DNA of 38,923 nucleotides from Macrostomum lignano (Eukaryota): NCBI GenBank assembly GCA_002269645.1, contig NIVC01004661.1, positions 1 to 38,923 of the forward strand, read 5' to 3'. Shown piece by piece: positions 9,586 to 20,553 of this stretch (position 1 is its first letter; each line of letters starts with the position of its first letter). The notes under the pieces were generated by a model. It saw only the letters and a program-made list of their open reading frames with translations, ran no database searches and was not told where the DNA came from. The position numbers and the translations under genes were made by a program.

Positions 9586-11631
9586 ATGTTATTTTCTGGA
9601 ACACCCTCATGGAACGGAACAACAAGTAGTGGTGGTGGTGGCACATCTGGTGGAATAAGTGTTACATTTGGAGATAATCGATATATTAATGAGGATGAAG
9701 GTTATAAAAAAACTGAAATTGATAATAAATTAAATTTAAAAAGAAATGTTGCAGATTCCTATACCAAAACTCAAATAGATGATTCACTAAATCTGAAACG
9801 GAACGTAGCCGATTCCTATACCAAAACCGAAGTTGATAATTCATTAAATTTAAAACGCAATACAGCCGATTCTATACCAAAACAGAGTTGATAATTCATT
9901 AAATTTAAAACGCAATACAGCCGATTCTTATACCAAAACCGAAGTTGATAATTCATTAAATTTGAAACGGAACGTAGCCGATTCTTATACCAAAACCGAA
10001 GTTGATAATGGATTAAATTTAAAAAGAGATGTAACTGATTCTTATTCTCGAACTGATTCTGATTCACGTTATGTTCAAACCACCGCAACCGGAAACCTAG
10101 ATATGAGCAACAACCGAATTATAAATGTTTCAATTACAACTAGTGATTCAGTGGTTGATAAGAACTATGTCGATAATCAAGTTGCCACTCGTAGTGGTAA
10201 TATTAATATGAATAATTTTAAATTAACAAATTTATTATTTGGAACAGAGAACGCAGACTCGATAACTCTAGGCCAAGTAAACGAGCGAGCTAATGCAACC
10301 GACGCCGATATTTTTACCACGCCGCTTACATCAAATACTTCAAATCCTGATGTTGTTCTTACAGCATCTGAAAATGGCAACACAGCTTTTCGAGTTGGAG
10401 ATGGAAGCCTTGCGACACAATGGTCACCAAATACCGGAACCACAACCAATATGGAAATTCAATTTGAATTTTTAGGTTATAATAGAAGAATATTTGAATT
10501 AAGAATTACAGGCAGTGAAACAATTGAGATACCCTCGGGTGGTCGGTTCGCGCAAAAAATGTTGCTACCGATTCATGGACAACATTAACTACGTCGGGAT
10601 CACCAGTTCAAGCAACATCATTTGCTCTATCTAATTTAACGACTAATTTTTGGAAATATTATAGCGTATTCTTCCCAACTGGTGGTACCGGTACACAACC
10701 TATCGAGGTTCGTCAAATACAATTATTTGAACACCGTGTTGAAATTCAAGATCTTAATTGGCCAACTCAAATACTTTCTGCAGTTCCGCGAGCGTACGTA
10801 GATCAGCTAGCTACTCCAACATCAAATGGTAGAATGTCTGGAAGCGATAAAAATAAATTGGATGGAATACCTGCTATTGATGCGGCCTTGTTCGAACCAG
10901 TAATTTGTAATTGGTCTGGATATCAAAATCCAACAACCGCCGGAGATATATATCCAGTCGGTTCTTTAATTGGTGACGCTTCTTATATCGATTATCAAAA
11001 TGGAGCTAGAATTACTCGTGAAACCGCAGGTGTAAGTGGGGCTTTACAATTTAATTTCACACATTTTCAAAATATATCTGCGTCTTTCTTTTTCCGAGTT
11101 GCTAATGCTACAGGAAATGGTGCAGATGCGGTTTGGTTTTATGCATACTGTCACCAACGTCCAACATCGGAATTTGGATCCGGGTTATCAACCGACGCCG
11201 GATTGATAGTTTTTGCAAGTGAGTGGCATGATAGGTTTGGAGTTGTTTGGAGTAATAAAAAATCAGACGGATCTACGGTTCGTAACGATGTTAGTAGTGA
11301 TGCGGATCAAACTGTAGCCTATGCTAATATTGATAACGGCGATTGGCATCTTTTTGAAATTAATATTTTAAATCAAAGGGTTTGGTACCGATTACAGTCA
11401 TACAATGTTGCTGGTGATTCTTTTACCCTCATTGGACAGAACGTTTTCACATATGATAGTGGAACTTGGGGAACTTTAGATAAATCTGGAACCCTTATGG
11501 GTTTTGGTGCTCGAACTGGTGGAGCGGATGCTGCACATTTTATTCGTGGTGCGGTTGTATGTGGTAGTACGTCGTTTGGTTATGTTTTTCCCTCTACTGC
11601 TTATTTGGAAAAACCTCCTACTCAAATATAA
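9586..11631 (+). CDS. Fibre/spike-like protein with 19-aa repeats, discoidin-like and C-terminal lectin/ConA-like domains; three -1 frameshifts (~9872, ~9885, ~10525)
   Basis: ORFs 9586-9891, 9962-10588 and 10834-11631 join via frameshifts. YTKTEVD repeats, MNNFKLTNL..DSITLGQV shaft-like repeats, GDGSLATQW segment, FFFRV..GNGADAVWFY..WH segment. Confidence 0.65.
9703..10060 (+). repeat. 57-bp coding tandem repeat (about 6 units, YTKTEVDNSLNLKRNVADS)
   Basis: Directly visible; units 3 and 4 each lack one base. Confidence 0.92.
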
Positions 11632-11643
11632 AATATTTATATA

Positions 11644-12949
11644 CGAGGGACACTCCAAAAGTTTTGCAATTCAACCACTTGCGCAAGTCGCACAATCTTC
11701 AAAATCAACCCTCTGTACAATAAACATGTACATAGTCCCCACCTCAATTTTTTAGTAATTTCATACATATATGCCTGCTCAGCCCCCAGTCAAAGTCAGT
11801 GACTCCTTAACCTGTACTGCTGCGGCCATGGAATTGAATCGTGAGCAGAATCGGCTACTAATTTGGTACTGCCACAAGCGAAAGCTCACGGCGCTTGAGA
11901 CTCATGCCGAGCTACTAGCAACATTGGAGGCTCAAGCACCGTCATATGCTACGGTTACACGCTGGTACCGCGAGTTCCAGGCCGGCAGGACCAGCTTTTC
12001 TGACGACCCCGGCCCGGGAGACCTCCGACAGCAGCGACGGAGGAAAACATCGCTGCAGTGCAGGAGCTGATCCATCAGGATCCGCGAATCACCACGGACA
12101 CGTTAGCTATGAATGTTGGCATCGGATCGGCAGCGGTCGATACGATTCTACACGATCACCTCAGAGTCAGGAAGCTTTGTGCCCGATGGATACCCCACAT
12201 CCTGACAGATGCTCAGAAACAGGCCCGCATGGAGTTCTGTCAGTTTCTCATCGATCGATATGAGCACGGGAGCCATCAGCGCCGCTCTGAAGTCATCACT
12301 GGTGATGAGACGTTTCTCTATCATTTTGACGTCGAGACAAAGCGCAGCAGTGCAGAGTGGGTGCCGGAAGGTGGGCAACGACCCCTGAAAGCAAGGCGGT
12401 CCGGTCCCAGGGCAAGCGGATGTTTGCCATCTTCTTCGACTCACAAGGCGTGGTGGCGATGGCGAAGCTGGAGGGTCAAGCTACAGTCACTGCTCGATGG
12501 TACACTGAAGAGTGCTTGCCTGTCGTGATCGACAGCGTGACCCAGAGGGCACCAAGGACGGGAATGCGAGGGCGGAAGCTTCACCATGACAACGCCCCCG
12601 CCCACACGGCTGCTGCAACTCGAGCGTTCCTGGACCAAGAGGGCATTGCAACGCTACCACACCCGCCCTACTCACCAGACCTCGCCCCCTGCGACTTCTG
12701 GCTCTTTCCAGAAATCAAAAAGTCGCTTAGGGGGTGCAGGTTTCAGTCCGACGAGGAGCTGGAGCAGGCGGCGAAGGAGGCGACTGACGGCATCCCAATT
12801 GAAGAGTTCCAGGGCCTCATGAACAAGTGGCTCGGAAGAGCGCACAAGTGTTTGCAGTTCCGGGGAGCCTACTTTGAAGGATTGTAATAGAAAAGTTTAG
12901 CAGAATTAACTTTAAATAGTCGAATTGCAAAACTTTTGGAGTATCCCTC
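11644..12949 (+). mobile_element. Mariner (DD34D) transposon nested in the Polinton
   Basis: TA flanks (11642-43, 12950-51); ~29 bp TIRs CGAGGGACACTCCAAAAGTTTTGCAATTC with 1 mismatch, and the right TIR lacks its terminal G. GC-rich relative to the host element. Confidence 0.95.
11828..12887 (+). CDS. Mariner transposase, -1 frameshifts at ~12010 and ~12400
   Basis: WIPHIL, TGDET, HHDNAPAH and PYSPDLAPCDF motifs. Confidence 0.93.
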
Positions 12950-12964
12950 TAAAATTTGTATAAA

Positions 12965-13291
12965 ATGGCTTTTAGTAGAACTCCATCGATGCGGCAAAAT
13001 AATGTTATTATTCCTATTCCTAAACAAGAATCAAATATAAAAACATTCAAATCTCATACCAAATTTTTATTTAGTACTGTAAATGTTCAGGATAATAAGA
13101 AGCTTCAAGAATTAATTAAGTTATTAAAAAATCATATTATACTTCAAGAGTTTTGGAAAATAGGATTTAAATGGGAGAAAAAAGAAAGAATCACTCCAAT
13201 ACAATACCTATTGAGCTCCGGGCAAATACCCAAAGAGCGCGGGGAATTCATTTTGGTGCTATTAAAAATAGACGAGAATGTCGGTATCTGA
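12965..13291 (+). CDS. Polinton accessory protein, unknown
   Basis: TAAAATG start at 12965; intact ORF overlapping the next gene. Confidence 0.5.
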   Translation: MAFSRTPSMRQNNVIIPIPKQESNIKTFKSHTKFLFSTVNVQDNKKLQELIKLLKNHIILQEFWKIGFKWEKKERITPIQYLLSSGQIPKERGEFILVLLKIDENVGI

Positions 13292-13933
13292 AGCAGATAA
13301 ATGGGAACGCGACCGGTTCAACCAACGTAAAGGTCAGATGTTAAGTAATGTTGATCGAATAAATTATGATTATGATTTATATGCTAAAAAAGTAAGAAGA
13401 GTTTCAAACCATATAAGAAATATGGACTTTTTCAATATTGGATTTGGAAGCTTATCAATGTTATGTGTAATCGTTTTAGGTATTTTACAATCTATTCCAA
13501 CTCTTAATTTATCTCAATTATTTTTAGGTATTTCAATTGGCTCAATATCAGGTTTTGAATTGATCAGAAACTTATCAATACTTTTAGCAATTAAATTATA
13601 TCTAAAAAAAGAAAGGAAAAATATAAATCATTAAGAGACGTTGCCAAGCAATATAAAAATCAGTTATATTTATATGTGCAAAAAATATTGGATGACGGAG
13701 AGATAACGATTCATGAATTATCAACCGCGGTTGAGTTATATGAAAAATATTTAAAAGATAGAAATAGAATTTTAGATGTTGAAACTTTTACCGATATGGA
13801 ATTAAAAGAGTTGAGACTCGATAAACCCAAAGCTCCACCTATAGAAACATTAGGTATTTACGAACCCGAAACTATTGCTACTGGGGCACAAAGCCCGCGG
13901 TCAGGAAGTGCTGTAGAACTTAATGTTGTTTAG
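13278..13933 (+). CDS. Polinton two-TM membrane protein, frameshift at ~13618
   Basis: Two hydrophobic helices, then ..KYKSLRDVASNIKNQLYLYVQKILDDGEITIHEL..LYEKY, resembling a recurrent Maverick membrane protein as I recall it (not searched). Confidence 0.55.
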
Positions 13934-14413
13934 TTTTTCTAATGCATATGTTATATATTCTTCCCAAAGTGGTAACTCTCTTCTGATCCTAGGTTTAAAT
14001 TTTTTATCAATACATAAAAATTCCAATGACTTTTTCAATAACATTTCGTTAGGTATGTTACCAATCCTTATAAACTTTGTATTCTCTCGCATAAGAAAAT
14101 TGAAATAATATCCAACTAAAATTAAAATCCTTTCGGAGTCTTTCGAACTTAATCCCTTTCCTTTATTTAAATGGAAAAAGTTATTATATAAATAAACATT
14201 ATTTCCGGGAATTAAAATTGGATCAGAAATGTCTCTTGTAAGATTTCTTAAAATTGTGTTTTTAAAATAGTAATATGAGTTTTCAATCTTTTTTGTTTTT
14301 TCAAATTGATATATTTTAGAACATGAATAACACATATGATATATATCTCCGTTTGCTGTTTGCCCTCTGTGCATAGTCACATTACATTTATTACAAACAT
14401 AAATGTCTTTCAT
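13901..14413 (-). CDS. Zn-ribbon-containing protein, unknown (170 aa)
   Basis: N-terminal CNKC..CYSC; A7-ATG start; intact ORF. Confidence 0.55.
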   Translation of the reverse strand: MKDIYVCNKCNVTMHRGQTANGDIYHMCYSCSKIYQFEKTKKIENSYYYFKNTILRNLTRDISDPILIPGNNVYLYNNFFHLNKGKGLSSKDSERILILVGYYFNFLMRENTKFIRIGNIPNEMLLKKSLEFLCIDKKFKPRIRRELPLWEEYITYALEKLNNIKFYSTS

Positions 14414-14439
14414 TTTTTTGTTATTTTTTTAGATTAAAA

Positions 14440-14769
14440 ATGGAAGTGGTTCAAAACCGATTCTAATGTGATTAATTATCTCACACCCAATATGTTGGAG
14501 AATAAAGAATATAATATTATATGTTTGAGACAGGTTAAATTTATTGGGCTTCAATCAATATTTTTACAATTAGATGGGCAAAAATTTTATGTCTAAGCGG
14601 AGATGATGTTAAAAATTTTCCTGTTTTAGTTATTAATAAACCTAAAGCGTTTGTTATGAAATACTGCAACGAGGGTGGATTGCAATTTAAACTAAAACAA
14701 ACAAATAATAAAAAGAGTGATAGGACTGTAAAATTGGCGGCTGTTTGGGAGGATGACGACGAAGACTAA
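14440..14769 (+). pseudogene. Small Polinton protein (~110 aa) broken by two frameshifts
   Basis: TAAAAATG at 14440. The pieces WFKTDSNVINYLTPNMLENKEYNIICLRQVKFIGLQSIFLQL and LSGDDVKNF..KLAAVWEDDDED* join by frameshifts. Not in the ORF track. Confidence 0.45.
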
Positions 14770-14784
14770 ATTTTTTATAAGAAA

Positions 14785-15243
14785 ATGGATACGATAAAAA
14801 TCCTTATCACTAAAGAGCGTGAACTTAATGATATTAATAAAAAAATAAATATAATTATATCTCAGAAATATCATGAGTATGGGGACGATATGTTTCCCAT
14901 CCGATATGAAATGGATAAAAGAAAACGTTTTATTAAATCTGCAATTGCTTATGCTGAAACAGTAATTGAAATCGAAATAGATAGGTTGGTTAGAAAAATA
15001 AAAAAACTTAGGAAAAAAATAAAGGATTGTTTAAGTTACCCTGACGACTGCGAGGAAAATTGGCCTTCAATAATATATGAAATCGAAATGGATATTATGC
15101 TTAAACAATTACATGCTTTAGTTTTTTTCCGCCCGAAGGGTCGCGGATTTTATCCGATAAGTAATTTTTCTGTTAATCTCTTCCAGTTATTCAAGACTTT
15201 TTCCTTATTTAATTTTTTAAGTTCTTTTGGAAATGTTGAATAA
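14785..15243 (+). CDS. Helical/coiled-coil accessory protein, unknown
   Basis: ORF with GAAAATG start, convergent with polB. The last ~30 codons overlap polB antisense and may not be genuine. Confidence 0.4.
   Translation: MDTIKILITKERELNDINKKINIIISQKYHEYGDDMFPIRYEMDKRKRFIKSAIAYAETVIEIEIDRLVRKIKKLRKKIKDCLSYPDDCEENWPSIIYEIEMDIMLKQLHALVFFRPKGRGFYPISNFSVNLFQLFKTFSLFNFLSSFGNVE
15131..15156. other. GC-rich double-hairpin element at the polB stop codon
   Basis: CCC-GAA-GGG-TCG then CGGAT-TTT-ATCCG; shares CCCGAAGGGTCGCGGA with the ATPase copy. Confidence 0.75.
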
Positions 15244-18200
15244 TAATTATCTATATCTTTTTCATATTCTAGAAATGTATTATATTCACAATCACATTCG
15301 GATTCACAATCACAATCGTAATAATAATTATTTATTGCCGCTTTGTATTCATTATATTTACTTATTATATCTTCTTTTTGTTTTTTATCTTTTATCATAT
15401 TTTTTATCTCTTCTTTTAAACCATATGGATATGTTTTAATTTTATCATCTAAATATCTTTTATCATCAAATGGACTTAATGTTTTTTTATCTGTCTCGAT
15501 GACAAACATCTGATGCTTATCTGAATTTAATCGATATTGTGGAGCATGATAATTTTCAATTGTATTAAGGTAATCTAAAAGTACGTTTTTATAATCATCA
15601 AATGTTATCTTTTTTACTGCTGCTCTTGATACCCCTTTTATTTTTTTTACCTCTCCCTCCTGTCCTAAAACTTTAAATGCATAGCATTTTGATCTTATTG
15701 CTATAAACTCGGTTATGATTTTGCTATTTAATTCATCTTTCATTTTAAGTACAACTTTTTTATTTTGATCTGATTTTAAAGGATGGTTATCCGGATAGTC
15801 GGAGGTATCCAATGTATCCTTAATTTTTTCCATATCTTTATAGACATCGAACCTTTGGTTCGCGGCTTTGCCCGATCCTCTGTTTCAACCTTAAATACCA
15901 AACTGTCGGTGTCTGCATATATTGGATAGTTATCTGGCCATGTTTTATTTATAACATCATAATAATATTCATACATTACCAGCTTTGCAAAATCTAAAAC
16001 AACCATTCCAATAAATATTGGTTTAAGAAATTTTGTTGTTTTATTTCTCATATGAATACCCATAAAGTTATCATCAAATTTTATAAAGTCTTTAAAGTTA
16101 GGTTTTGAGAAATATTTCTTTGCTTTATCAATATCCTTTTCTAAATGGAATTGGGTTCTATCTCTAATATTTTCAACCGTTTTTCCATAAAAAGCATTAT
16201 TCATTAATTTCCAATAATCTTTCTCAAAATTTGTTTTTGACATCTGTCTCTGATTTGAATTAAAATCAATATATTTAGCTAACCAATCTTCCTCAATAAA
16301 CGATATTGTTCGATGTACTTTAGAACTTTTAATCCCTGTTTTCATAAAATTGTAGAAGCTTATAATGCACTACATAGTTTTTCTTATCATGTAAATTTAA
16401 TATTAATTTTTTTGTTGCTAGATGTTTTGCATTATCTACTTTAAGATAATCTTTTTGTGTTTGTGATAAATCATCTTCATTAACTGAACAATGCTCTGGA
16501 GCTAAAGGATATTTATATGTTTTTGCTTTTGCTTCCCGAGTATATTGCAAATCCACCTCTACATACAGCCCCTTCCTTCGGGAATATTTTTGTAATAATC
16601 GGGGTCATCTTCCCATTGGAAATCAGCTATTGGTAATTTTTGTTTCATACAACCACCGTATAAATTGTTTGCATCTAGATATAATACATATGATGATTTT
16701 TCTTTTTTATTATAATTTGGTAGATATTTATTATTTACTTTAGTATATCTATCTCCTAGTACACCCGAGAATCCGCCGCGAATTCCTCTCTCAATCATTA
16801 ACAACATATCATGATCAGTTAGTAAATCAATCTTAACATCTGTATGTTTCAAACCACAAGCCCATGTTAATCCCGGTGCACTGAAACAATATGCGGGATC
16901 AATTTTAAAATTCTCATATGTATGATTCCTAAAGTTTTCAAATGCATCAGCTAATAGGAGAACATCTGCTTTAAGATATAGATTATGATAATCTTTAAAT
17001 GTTTTACAATTAAAGTATTTCCATACTTTTTGAGCGTGTTCATAATCCGATTCACTTATATTTGTTTGTGATAATGTGGAATAAAACTTTTCTATGGGGT
17101 AATTCGGTATGAAAAAATACGTCTTCAGATGTTACATATTCATATGGATAGATGCCCTTACGAGTTAATAGCATTAGTTCTTCCTCGGATAGTTTTTCTT
17201 TTTGAAACGATTCAATAGTATTGGAAAGTTTTTCTTTACTATTTCTAAATCCCATGGTTTTGGAACTAATGATGAAACAACATTTGCTAAAGATGTTGAT
17301 AAGAATCTCAAGGAATCTAGAAAAACTAGATGGGAGTATTTCTTACCATATGTTATTGATATGTAATTTTCTGATGTTTTAGGTAATATATTTATTTCAT
17401 ATTCATCCTTTCCTAAATGAAGCAATTCTCGAACTAAGAAATGAAAATCATATCCGGAACCATTATGAAAAAATACTGGTATTTCCTTACATCCTTTTCC
17501 TTCTTTTGCATTACATGATCTACATGCTGCCCCTCGATAATTTCCTGTTAGATGACAATGTTCTCGTATCTTATTATTCTTACTTAAATGTCTTTTGCAC
17601 ATAAAACAATTTGTTGCATTTTTATAATTGTCTCTATCCTTATTTGTCATATTAATATTTTTTGATAATTTATCATATTGATTTTGAATATATTCAAATA
17701 CATTTACTAATGATTCTGCCATGTGCTTAGCTGCATCATTACCGTGGTAAGTAATCATCCTTGATTTAAATATATGATCAGCTACAGAGTGTACATATAT
17801 ACAATAACTATTCGGAAACTGTTGTGCCAATTTTTTTGTGCATTCGTCCCGTATTCTTTTAAGGGTTTGTTGCTTCAAAATCAGCATATATTACTATTGC
17901 TTCCATATATGTTGTTGGAACTTTAGGGTTGCATCTTCAGATGCTGGCATTATAGCATTATAAATTTGTGATCTAAACATTAAGAGCTGTTTCATCCTTT
18001 TTAAATGTAAAACAATTTCTACATAGTGGATATCTATTTCTATTTTCTCTTAAAAAAGAACTAATATCTTTTATGTATATATAATGTGTTTCATTTTCGC
18101 GCTGCATGTACAAAAGATCGATTTGATCTGGTGCTGTTATATCAGTTGCTGGCTTAACAAGATAACACCTTTTCTTATACCATTCTGGATCGGTTAAAAT

Positions 18201-19048
18201 TTCTTCTAGATCTTTTGGTTCTTCAATTGTAAACACATTAATATTTAAACCATTCATTTTTTCAATCTTATATATATCATCTATTGCTACTGGGTATGAT
18301 ATGTTTTTCATTATTATTTCATCCTCATATTGTCTATAATTATATATTTTATTAATGTGTGATTCTACTTGATTGTGATATTTATGAATTAATAAACACC
18401 ATAATAAACATTTATTATCTTTATTGTCTGGATTTATAATCATAGGTGATTTAAATTTGAGCTTCATATGTGATCGTCCTTTAAGAATTTCTATAGGTGC
18501 AATCTTTACTATTGCTGAATTACAGGATACAAATATAAACCCAGATCCGTTTTCTGTCATCTTATCTATCCATTCATCAAACTCAGCTTCTATTTGATCG
18601 AATTGATTGTTGTAATTTCCCATGATAATAATGTTTTATATGATTCTTGTGAAAAGTTATTTATTACTTCAATTTCTGAATTTGCATTAAGAATATTTGG
18701 TTTTTTAAATTCTGTTTCAACTTCTATTTTATACTTAATTGGCTGTCGTTTGTTATTTGGCCTTATAGTATAATTGTTTAATATGGTCTTTAATTTATCT
18801 TTCATTTGTTTAAAATATTCTTTATAATTTGTATTTATATCTATATCTATATATATTACTTCAGCTCCATTTTGTCCTTGTGGTTGGGGGTTATTAATAT
18901 CATTTAATTGTCTTTCTAAACGTATCTCATTTTCTGCCCTAATTCTTGCTTCTATTTCAGCCCTATCGGCAATTCGTTGTGCATCGATTTGAGCTATTAA
19001 TTGTGCTCTAAGTTCAGGGTTGTCGATTTGAGCTAAAATTGCTTCCAT
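15150..19048 (-). CDS. polB: Protein-primed family B DNA polymerase with endonuclease VII-like Zn module; multiple frameshifts
   Basis: IYADFE (ExoI), VFFHNGSGYDFHF (ExoII), RKGIYPYEY, RGG..YLDANNLYG, KLMNNAFYGK, YADTDS, KCY..KIKGV, plus CFMC..REHCHLTGNYRGAACRSCN. Spread over ORFs from 18590-19048 to 15150-15833. Confidence 0.95.
15846..15877. other. GC-rich double-hairpin insertion in polB (29 bp, ATC duplication)
   Basis: CGAACC-TTT-GGTTCG and GGC-TTT-GCC between two ATC. Removal restores KVETEDVYKDMEK. Confidence 0.85.
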
Positions 19049-19131
19049 TTTATAGAATAAAATTTATATAATGTTTGAATTATTGATTTTTTAATTTTGT
19101 GTTTTTGGTGTCCAGACCCTCCCCCAGGAGC

Positions 19132-20106
19132 CTATTCGAGATCTGCTTTTGGTAATAGCAATCCATTGCCCATAACGTTTGAATTTAAGAAAATTCCTGA
19201 ACCTGCTTTTGGTCTCATTTCGAGATATAATCCGCTTCCGTCGTGTTTTTCAATGATGTTAAAATCTTTTCCTAATTTATTAAAAATTTTCTGAACAGCT
19301 GGTCTAAAATTGGATCCAATATTGTCAAAAAATCCTTTAGCTTTCTCACCCGTTTTTTCTAAAGTTTGGCCAAATTCATGTAGTTTATCTGCGACAACTC
19401 CACTTCCTTGGGTTGTTCCTTTTAGTACCAAACCACTGCCATTTAACAGTAAACCTTTTCCGGCTGCTAACTTAGCTTCTGCATTTCTTTTTTGCTCTGC
19501 TGTTGCTGAACTACTATTAATGGTATCAATAAGTTTCTGTTTGAATTGTGCGTCCTGTGTTATTTGCTGTCTTTGAAATTCGGCCTCTCTTTTAGCTTTT
19601 TCGTCCGCAGCTTTTTTGTCATTTACTGCTTTTGCAATTCCAGCTGCTCCGCCAGCAACTCCTCCAGCTGCTCCAATTCCTGCAAAAATTATTGGGAGCA
19701 AAGCTGCAAGGGGCAAGATTCCCCCCTGTTTCGCTCTTAACTCTCCTAGCTGTTTTACATTATCATGAATTCTTTTTCCGGCTAAACCGACTGCTCCAGC
19801 TGCGCCAAGTCCTAAAAGAAGCGGTAGAATGGGTAGTAATCCGCCGTCCTTTTTAGTGTGAGTCTCCATTAAAAATTTCACATCGGAGTCTGTCAACCTA
19901 TAATTTCTGCCGCGATTCTTAAAGGATATCGGCCTTCCTTCTTGTGCATATTTTGCTGCGAGTTTAAATGTATCGATGTCGTAGTCAAACTTTTTACCTA
20001 ATCGATCCAATCTTTTTAACATTGTGTGGCTATGTTTATTATCATCTAGATCTAAAGTATCTACAATTTCTCCTATAAAATATAAGCGGTCGTTATCTGT
20101 GTCCAT
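19132..20106 (-). CDS. Polinton core / membrane-active precursor protein
   Basis: Two GG-(L/I)LP..L..GAAG amphipathic segments, AGGAAGIAKAVN, repeated GSGL(Y/F)L motifs; TAAAAATG start. Confidence 0.75.
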   Translation of the reverse strand: MDTDNDRLYFIGEIVDTLDLDDNKHSHTMLKRLDRLGKKFDYDIDTFKLAAKYAQEGRPISFKNRGRNYRLTDSDVKFLMETHTKKDGGLLPILPLLLGLGAAGAVGLAGKRIHDNVKQLGELRAKQGGILPLAALLPIIFAGIGAAGGVAGGAAGIAKAVNDKKAADEKAKREAEFQRQQITQDAQFKQKLIDTINSSSATAEQKRNAEAKLAAGKGLLLNGSGLVLKGTTQGSGVVADKLHEFGQTLEKTGEKAKGFFDNIGSNFRPAVQKIFNKLGKDFNIIEKHDGSGLYLEMRPKAGSGIFLNSNVMGNGLLLPKADLE

Positions 20107-20190
20107 TTTTATATTGTTAAAATTTCTTTAATCCTTTTCCGCCTTTAATTGTGGTTAACATTTTATTAAAATCCTGAATATCTTTATTAC

Positions 20191-20514
20191 TTATTGGCGC
20201 GCTTTTCGTGGGGTTTCTGTTGGTTGTGCGGCTTGTGCCAGCTTTAAATCTTTTATTGCATTTATTTGTGAGAGGGTGTCGTTAAAATCTCTCAATTTCT
20301 TTAGTTCTTCTGCCGCTCTAGCTGCTTCAATTCCTCCTTTTACAGCATTTGTTATAGAACCTGCTGCGGAGCCGGCTTGCCCTATAAGCCCCATATTGTC
20401 TTTAACAAAATTTGCTGCTGTTCCAACCACATCAAAAAGCCCCTCACCTCGGTATTCAACTGGGTCTCCTACCTGCAATTCATTCAGATTTTGCATATGT
20501 GTAACGTGTGTCAT
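20191..20514 (-). CDS. Polinton core-like protein
   Basis: GEGLFDVVG..AAGSAAGSI amphipathic segment. The likely start is MTHVTH at 20514 (A6-ATG) rather than 20556. Confidence 0.6.
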   Translation of the reverse strand: MTHVTHMQNLNELQVGDPVEYRGEGLFDVVGTAANFVKDNMGLIGQAGSAAGSITNAVKGGIEAARAAEELKKLRDFNDTLSQINAIKDLKLAQAAQPTETPRKARQ

Positions 20515-20553
20515 TTTTTGTTCTATTTTTAGTAACAGAAAAAAGATTGTCTG

